Shown one piece after another: positions 47,351 through 52,872 of a stretch of DNA of 52,872 nucleotides; position 1 is the stretch's first letter, and every line of letters starts with the position of its first letter. This DNA is from Elusimicrobiota bacterium (GTDB lineage Bacteria > Elusimicrobiota > Elusimicrobia > UBA1565): NCBI GenBank assembly GCA_043827405.1, contig JBDRPD010000032.1:1-52872 (forward strand), in the 5' to 3' direction. The notes beneath the pieces were generated by a model. That model did no database searches and was not told where the DNA came from. It worked only from the letters and a program-made list of their open reading frames with translations. The translations under genes and the position numbers were made by a program.

Positions 47351-47419
47351 GAGACATTAGGCCCATATCGATCTTCCCCAAAGGGCCTATACGGGCATAT
47401 GTTATAATCGGCCCGATCC

Positions 47420-48046
47420 ATGACCGACGAAATACCGGAAAACCGGGTCAAAACAGCCATTCAGGGGATTCTGGGAGCTCTGGCCGGGGCGCTGATCGGA
47501 CATGGCGCGGTCGCTCTATCGCAAATCCTGACAGCCCGCACCGCTTCGCTGAGGCCGCCCGACGCCCCGACCTTCTTCACCCTGGCCCTCTACACCGCCT
47601 GCCTTTACGGCGGATTGGGCGCCGGGATATTTCGCGGACCGGAGCGCCTGCGGGGAGCGGTCAAAGGCTTCGGTACGGCCGCAGTTCTAATTGCCGCCCC
47701 CCTGATTCCGGCGACCTATCTGCTGCGGACCGGCGGCGGCGGAGCAGCAAACTATGCCTTCGTGCACCTGCTGGTATACATGGGAGCATCCTTGGCTACG
47801 GTCTGGGTGCTGGGAGCGGGAGCGCGCAATCAAGGGCTGCTGCGCGGCTGGAAAGCCGGCTTGGGCGCGGTACTCGGCGCGTTGGCGGCGCAAATACTCT
47901 CGGCCGTCATCAGCGCCATCCTGCCCGGCCTGCGCGTTTATCCGCTGGGGCCGCTGCCGCCGCCGGCCATGCTCATTGAAGCGATCCTCTGCGGCGCCTT
48001 GGTCGCGCTCGGCATCCGCCTGCTCGCGCCCGCCGAAAAAGACTAG
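47420..48046 (+). CDS. Hypothetical polytopic membrane protein
   Basis: About 6 Gly/Ala-rich TM helices; TGnTATAAT upstream. Confidence 0.65.
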   Translation: MTDEIPENRVKTAIQGILGALAGALIGHGAVALSQILTARTASLRPPDAPTFFTLALYTACLYGGLGAGIFRGPERLRGAVKGFGTAAVLIAAPLIPATYLLRTGGGGAANYAFVHLLVYMGASLATVWVLGAGARNQGLLRGWKAGLGAVLGALAAQILSAVISAILPGLRVYPLGPLPPPAMLIEAILCGALVALGIRLLAPAEKD

Positions 48047-49758
48047 CGCCCGGCGGGCCGGCCGCCCTTGCGCGGGTCGCTGGCGCCGATGAGGCGCTTC
48101 CCGTCGCGCTGCACGACCTGGCATACGCCCGAGCCGTCATATTCCTTCATCTGGTGGCCGCGGCCGGAGAGCACGGAACGCACGGCGGCGCTGAGACCCG
48201 GCTCGTAGCGCAGCACGTCCGGGCTCCACTGGTGATGGATGCGGGGCGCCGCCACGGCGGCGTCCGGGCGCTCGGAAAAATCCACGATCCGCAGCAGGGT
48301 CTGCAGAGTCGCCGTGATGATGCGCGGCCCGCCGGAGGCGCCCGCCGCGATGACGGCGCGGCCGTCTTTGAGCAGCATGGTCGGGCTCATGCTGGAGAGC
48401 GGTCTTTGCCGCGAATGGATGACGTTGCGCTCCGACATCAGCAGGCCGAACTCGTTGGGCACGCCGGTCTTGACCGCGAAGTCATCGAGCTCGTTATTAA
48501 GGATAATCCCCGTCCCGTGAGGGACGACATAGGAGCCGAAATACAGGTTGATCGTTTCGGTGGCGGCGACGGCGTTGCCGTCCTTGTCGATCACGCTGTA
48601 ATGCGAGGTCCCGCCGTCGTCGCCGAGCCAGCGCCGGCCGTACTCCGTGGCGTCGCTCACCCGGTCCGGCCGGATCGCCGCGCGCACCTTGGCGGCATGC
48701 TCGCTCGAGATCATGCGCGCGACGTCCGCGCTGACCTCGGGATGAAAGTCGGCGTCGCCGAGATAGGCGGCACGGTCGGCGAAGGCATGCTTCATGCTCT
48801 CGGCGAGCACGTGGTAGTAGTCGGCCTCCGGCGTCGTCTTGGGGTCGTAGCCGCCGATGACGTTGAGCACCTGCAGCAGGCAGGCGCCTCCGGAGCTGGG
48901 CGGCGGCATGCCGATAACATCGTAGCCGCGGAAAGTCCCCCGCAGCGGCTTGCGCACCTTCACCTCATAAGTTCCCAGGTCGAGCGCCGTCATCGGCCCC
49001 AGCTGGGTGCGCATATCATCGAGGATGCGGCGTGATATCACTCCTTTATAGAAAGCATCGGCGCCGCCGTCGGCCAGCAGACGCAGGGTCTTGGCCAGCT
49101 CCTCCTGCTTCAGGCGCTCGCCGACCCGGTACGGTTCGCCGTCTTTGAGATAGATCCTGGCTATCTCCTGGTACAGCGCCTTCTCCTCCGGATGTTCCTT
49201 AATATACGCCGCCAGCTTGCTCATCGCCTCATGCGTATGCTCGTCGACCCGAATTCCCTCCCAGGCAAGCTGGATGGCGGGCTGCAGCACCTCATGCAGG
49301 CTCTTGGTTCCGTAGTTCTCAAGCGCGTAGGCCAGGCCTTTGACTTGTCCCGGAACGCCGACCGCCCAATGTCCGCGCACGGTCTTACCCTCGATGATAT
49401 TTCCCTGCTCGTCGAGGTATTTGTCGGCGCTGGCGGCCAGCGGCGCGGCCTCCCGGTAATCGAGGACGACCGGCTCCTTGCCGACGCGGTGAATAATCAT
49501 GAAGCCGCCGCCGCCGATACCCATGCTGTAGGGCCGGGTTACGGACAGGGCGAAGGAGGTGGCCACCGCCGCGTCCACCACGTTGCCGCCGTGCGCCAGC
49601 ATACCGGCGCCGGCCTTGGAAGCCAGGGGATGATCCGCCGCGACCATATACTTGTCGCCGGATTCGGCCCACTTGGCGAGGCCGGGCGCGCGGGCCGCTC
49701 CCGCACAGCCGGCCAGAGAAAGTACCGCGCCCAGAAGGACGAGCGCCGGCCGCCTCAC
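48043..49758 (-). CDS. ggt: Gamma-glutamyltransferase (lipoprotein)
   Basis: GGNVVDAA, GIGGGGF, DYRE, GTSHYSV catalytic Thr, PLSSMSPT, GASGG, PRIHHQ, SDPRK. Confidence 0.95.
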   Translation of the reverse strand: MRRPALVLLGAVLSLAGCAGAARAPGLAKWAESGDKYMVAADHPLASKAGAGMLAHGGNVVDAAVATSFALSVTRPYSMGIGGGGFMIIHRVGKEPVVLDYREAAPLAASADKYLDEQGNIIEGKTVRGHWAVGVPGQVKGLAYALENYGTKSLHEVLQPAIQLAWEGIRVDEHTHEAMSKLAAYIKEHPEEKALYQEIARIYLKDGEPYRVGERLKQEELAKTLRLLADGGADAFYKGVISRRILDDMRTQLGPMTALDLGTYEVKVRKPLRGTFRGYDVIGMPPPSSGGACLLQVLNVIGGYDPKTTPEADYYHVLAESMKHAFADRAAYLGDADFHPEVSADVARMISSEHAAKVRAAIRPDRVSDATEYGRRWLGDDGGTSHYSVIDKDGNAVAATETINLYFGSYVVPHGTGIILNNELDDFAVKTGVPNEFGLLMSERNVIHSRQRPLSSMSPTMLLKDGRAVIAAGASGGPRIITATLQTLLRIVDFSERPDAAVAAPRIHHQWSPDVLRYEPGLSAAVRSVLSGRGHQMKEYDGSGVCQVVQRDGKRLIGASDPRKGGRPAGR

Positions 49759-51071
49759 AGCCGGCCGCCGATCCGCCGCCCGGCGACGAAGGTCGCCGTG
49801 ACCGCAGCCCGGTGCCCGCGATAGACCAGCCGCGCGACGGCCTTGACCGGATCGGCTTTGCCGTCGGGAAAGCCGGTGTCGTAAACGGCCGGGTCGACGA
49901 CGACGAAGTCCGCTTCTTTGCCGGGCGCGAGAGAGCCGATGCGGCCGCTCAGGCGCAAGGCGCGCGCGCCGCCCAAAGTCGCCATATAGAACGCTTCGGA
50001 GGCATAGAGCCCGCGCGCCTTCTTGTGCAGCCCATGCGCCCGGGCCAGGCGCTGGCCGTAGACCGCCTGGCGCATGACGTCGAACATGCAGAGGCTGGGC
50101 CCGGCGGCGACGTCCGAGCCGAGCGCCGTCGCGATGCGGCCGGCGCGCAGGCGGCCCAGATCCGCGATGCCGCTGCCCAGAAAAGCATTGGAGCCGGGGC
50201 AGTGAACCACATTGGCGCCGAAGCGCTCGATAAGCTTAAACTCGCTCTCTGTCAGCCAAACGCCATGCGCCAGCAAGGTCCGCGGCCCGAGGACGCCCAG
50301 GTGGGCGTATATCTCGGTATAGCTTTTACTCTCGGGGAAGACCCGGCGAATGGCCTCCAGCTCGCCCTTGTTCTCGGCGAGGTGGGTCTGGATATAGGCG
50401 CCGTACTCATCGGCGAGCCGGCCGGCGCGGTACATTATCTTGGGCGTGCAGCTGAGCGCGAAGCGCAGCGTAAAGGCGTAGAGCAGGCGCCCGTTGGCCG
50501 CCCCATGCCACGTGCGGCACAGCTCCTCGCTCTCCCTGAGCGATGTCTCGGTGCGGCTGGTGCGGCGGTCGGCGCGGGAGTAGTCCTTGTCGTAGGAGTG
50601 CACGTCCATCATGACCTTGCCCATGATCACGCGCAGGCCGGCGTCCCGCGCGGCCTTAAAGCAAGTATCGGTCGACTCTTTCCAGATCGCCGTATTCACG
50701 CAGCCGGTGGTGGTGCCGTGGGCGATCATGTCGCCGAAGAAGCGCTCGGCGGTACGCCGCGCCGTGGCGCCCTTGAAGGAGGACTCCAGCGGGAAGATGC
50801 GCTGCTTGAGCCAGGGCAGGAGCTCGAGGCCGTCGTTGGCCACCGCGGGATACTGGCTGGCGTGGCAGTGAGCGTCGATGAGGCCGGGGATCGCCAGCAG
50901 GCCGCGCAGGGCCCGGGCGCCGCGCAGGCCGGAGCGCCGCCCGGACGTCACGGCCCGCACCTCGCTGATACGCCCCTGCCTGTCCACCGACAGCAGAGCG
51001 TCGGGCCGGTACACCAGGCGGTCCTTCTCGTCGAAAGTGAGAATCCCGATGCGGTAGCGCTGCGGCTTCAC
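49755..51071 (-). CDS. guaD: Guanine deaminase (amidohydrolase)
   Basis: PGLIDAHCHASQ, LLPWL, HGTTT, RFALSC, QTHLAEN, HCPGSN, GSDVAAG; GTG start 6 nt after TATACT. Confidence 0.85.
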   Translation of the reverse strand: MKPQRYRIGILTFDEKDRLVYRPDALLSVDRQGRISEVRAVTSGRRSGLRGARALRGLLAIPGLIDAHCHASQYPAVANDGLELLPWLKQRIFPLESSFKGATARRTAERFFGDMIAHGTTTGCVNTAIWKESTDTCFKAARDAGLRVIMGKVMMDVHSYDKDYSRADRRTSRTETSLRESEELCRTWHGAANGRLLYAFTLRFALSCTPKIMYRAGRLADEYGAYIQTHLAENKGELEAIRRVFPESKSYTEIYAHLGVLGPRTLLAHGVWLTESEFKLIERFGANVVHCPGSNAFLGSGIADLGRLRAGRIATALGSDVAAGPSLCMFDVMRQAVYGQRLARAHGLHKKARGLYASEAFYMATLGGARALRLSGRIGSLAPGKEADFVVVDPAVYDTGFPDGKADPVKAVARLVYRGHRAAVTATFVAGRRIGGRL

Positions 51072-51086
51072 GCCCGTAGTATATAT

Positions 51087-51120
51087 AAAAGAAAACCCCG
51101 CGCGGTTCACGCGCGGGGTT
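51087..51120 (-). terminator. Intrinsic terminator
   Basis: AACCCCGCGCG-GTTCA-CGCGCGGGGTT with a U-rich run on the minus strand, just after the stop at 51140. Confidence 0.85.
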
Positions 51121-51139
51121 CCCGCAAGCTGTTGTCGTA

Positions 51140-51763
51140 CTAGTCGGCCAAGTGGCTGTAGGAGATCACGAACGGCGTGCTTTCGCGGGTCCCGGTCGGC
51201 TTCGAGGAAAACAGCACCCCCAGGTTTGACGGATCGCCCGTCGACGTCGCGTACAGGTTCATCGGGCTGGCTTCGATCTGTCCGCCGGCGAGGAAGTACA
51301 TGCCTTTGTGGATGCCCACCCGAGCCTGGTCCTGGTTGATCGTCACCTGGAACACCAGCGTGGGCTCGCCGACCAGATCGTAGTCGAGCTCGACGGACTT
51401 GGCGAATTTGCGGGGGTCGATACGGCACTCGGTCAGGACGGAAACGCCTTTACCGTACAGCCTATTCACATTAGCCCACATCTCACTGCCGTTCTTCGCG
51501 CGGCACTTGTACTTCCAAGCGCTGCCGTCCTTTCGGTGTATAGTCAACCGCAGCGAAGACTTGCTGGCGAGACGCCGATTTGCCATATCGACCCCCAAAT
51601 CGTATTCGACCTCATAGGACTCCCAACCGTAGCGGCTGGCGAACTCGATGAAGCGGCCGGTGGGCGCGAAGCCGCCCTTGTCCTTGATCTTGAAGCGCTG
51701 CTCGGCGGCGGCCGGCAGGGCGAAAATGCATACGGCGAGGAGCGCCAGGATCGATCGCTTCAT
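51140..51763 (-). CDS. Hypothetical secreted protein
   Basis: MKRSILALLAVCIFALPAAA signal peptide; followed by a terminator. Confidence 0.75.
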   Translation of the reverse strand: MKRSILALLAVCIFALPAAAEQRFKIKDKGGFAPTGRFIEFASRYGWESYEVEYDLGVDMANRRLASKSSLRLTIHRKDGSAWKYKCRAKNGSEMWANVNRLYGKGVSVLTECRIDPRKFAKSVELDYDLVGEPTLVFQVTINQDQARVGIHKGMYFLAGGQIEASPMNLYATSTGDPSNLGVLFSSKPTGTRESTPFVISYSHLAD

Positions 51764-51888
51764 GGGAATCTCCCGCCTCTTGGAGGCGGCCGCAGGTCGA
51801 AGGTCCCAAACGAAACGATGTCCTTTTTCGCTGGTTTTCTGCCCCTTCGGCTCTCGGCGCTGCGTCATACTTCAACCATAATGTAATG

Positions 51889-51932
51889 ACGTTAAGCGCC
51901 TATTAACAAACTGTTAAATAAATGTTACAGAC
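51889..51932 (-). promoter_or_regulatory. Four 11-bp-period direct repeats (Pho-box/OmpR-family-like operator)
   Basis: Minus strand GTAACA-5-TTAACA-5-TTAATA-5-TTAACG. Confidence 0.55.
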
Positions 51933-52057
51933 CCTTGAGACCCTCCTGATCAGCTTTTCGGCCAGCTGCCTGTCGGCAACGGCCCTTCTTGAGATAGCTG
52001 ATAAACTGCTGGATTTTATTGCATTTTTGTAAATATCTACCGGAGATTTTTGGGACG

Positions 52058-52085
52058 AAAAACGACCCGTCGCAAGCGGCGGGTC
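52058..52085 (-). terminator. Probable intrinsic terminator
   Basis: GACCCGTCG-CAAG-CGGCGGGTC hairpin with an A-run to its left (U-run on minus). Confidence 0.55.
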
Positions 52086-52118
52086 ATGCTGGCGCAGCCG
52101 GGAGTTTCAACCTATGTA

Positions 52119-52147
52119 TTCAAGCCGGCCTTCCAATTATGTAATAT
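52119..52147 (+). promoter_or_regulatory. Promoter of tRNA-Gln
   Basis: TTCAAG, 17 nt spacer, TAATAT with extended TG, 8 nt before the tRNA. Confidence 0.55.
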
Positions 52148-52155
52148 TGCTCAAT

Positions 52156-52229
52156 TGCCCGATGGTGTAATGGTAACACACCTGCCTCTGGAGCAGGTAT
52201 TCTAGGTTCGAGTCCTAGTCGGGCAACCA
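52156..52229 (+). tRNA. tRNA-Gln (CTG) with encoded CCA
   Basis: TGCCCGA/TCGGGCA acceptor with U1-A72, anticodon arm CCTGC-CTCTGGA-GCAGG, GGTTCGAGTCC. Confidence 0.95.
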
Positions 52230-52871
52230 TCTTGCAGAACGATGCCCTTCGGCCCAAAGGTCGAAGGGCATTTTGTATGTGAACTCAACTCTTTTTCCAT
52301 GAAGAAAAAGGTTCGAGCAGACACAATCGACGAGTTCCCGCTTTTCCAGCGGACTTGCGGATAAGTATAGAGTTTCCAAGCGTTCTGAGAGTTCGAGCAC
52401 TTTTCTGGCTGACGGCAGGTAAGAGGCCGGGCCGGATTCCTCCAAATTCTTCGCCTTCTCCTCCATGCCGACCTTTTCCAACTGCCACTCGCTGTTCTTC
52501 TTCGTCCACAAGTCCTCAGGTATCTTGCCATCAAGCTTATCGGTGTAGGCTTGGTCGATGCGCGTCTTGAGCCGCCCTATCTCCTGCTTCATGAGAGTCA
52601 ACTGTGTGACCTTGGCTGTCGCTTCGTCCCCGGATTCCATCCCAAGTTCGTCCATGATGAAGTTCGCCATCTCGGGCGTGAGTTGCACCGCCTTGAGTGC
52701 TTCACGAAATTGCTTATCGAGTTCTTCGAGGCGAACATATTTTGACTCAGGGCAAATGCCGGGCTTTCGGACGCCCGTGCAGTGCGCGTACACAAACCTC
52801 TTTTTCTTGACCTCGAAGGTCACGGCCCGATGCTCGTCGCAGTGGCCGCACTTCATAAGCCCCGCGAACGG
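52215..52871 (-). CDS. Large serine recombinase/integrase, C-terminal part (runs off the right edge)
   Basis: PFAGLMKCGHC...YAHC...C zinc ribbon, coiled coil with 'AYTDKLDGKIPE', ends WLPD* inside tRNA-Gln. Confidence 0.85.
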   Translation of the reverse strand, partial: PFAGLMKCGHCDEHRAVTFEVKKKRFVYAHCTGVRKPGICPESKYVRLEELDKQFREALKAVQLTPEMANFIMDELGMESGDEATAKVTQLTLMKQEIGRLKTRIDQAYTDKLDGKIPEDLWTKKNSEWQLEKVGMEEKAKNLEESGPASYLPSARKVLELSERLETLYLSASPLEKRELVDCVCSNLFLHGKRVEFTYKMPFDLWAEGHRSARWLPD

Positions 52872-52872
52872 A
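52215..52872. mobile_element. Left border of an element integrated at tRNA-Gln
   Basis: Recombinase abuts and overlaps the tRNA 3' end; sequence is visibly less GC-rich than the core genes. Confidence 0.7.

Noticed and set aside
51072..51428. N-terminal extension of guanine deaminase given by the ORF track
   Set aside because: Overlaps the upstream gene and its terminator; GTG at 51071 follows a TATACT box

Overview
GC-rich bacterial chromosomal window with about 50 mostly housekeeping and envelope CDSs. The style of the secreted proteins suggests Elusimicrobiota, but this is inference only. Recognisable genes include an M29 aminopeptidase, gcvT-gcvH with a lipoate ligase, a GH13 amylase, a 7Fe ferredoxin, nth, an ABC family-5 substrate-binding protein, an SSS symporter, an OmpA/MotB protein, ggt and guanine deaminase. 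It also holds tRNA-Pro(TGG) and tRNA-Gln(CTG), and at the right edge a large serine recombinase whose last codons are the antisense of the tRNA-Gln 3' end, marking the border of an integrated element. The best candidate for an undescribed system is a six-gene operon of secreted proteins (41838-47124, minus). Two paralogous Tyr/Pro/Gly-rich proteins bracket a helical protein, two paralogous beta-rich proteins and a subtilase, all behind a ~190-nt structured leader with an intrinsic terminator. Other notable items are a 177-bp inverted-repeat element (MITE or 6S-like RNA), a signal-peptide-bearing NadD/nucleoside phosphorylase fusion, about 10 apparently leaderless genes, a shared intergenic motif upstream of secreted-protein genes, a tandem pair with a shared unknown domain, and a papain-like protein with a Cys-His-Asp triad. 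No CRISPR array, rRNA or reverse transcriptase was seen. All calls come from reading motifs by eye; no searches were run.
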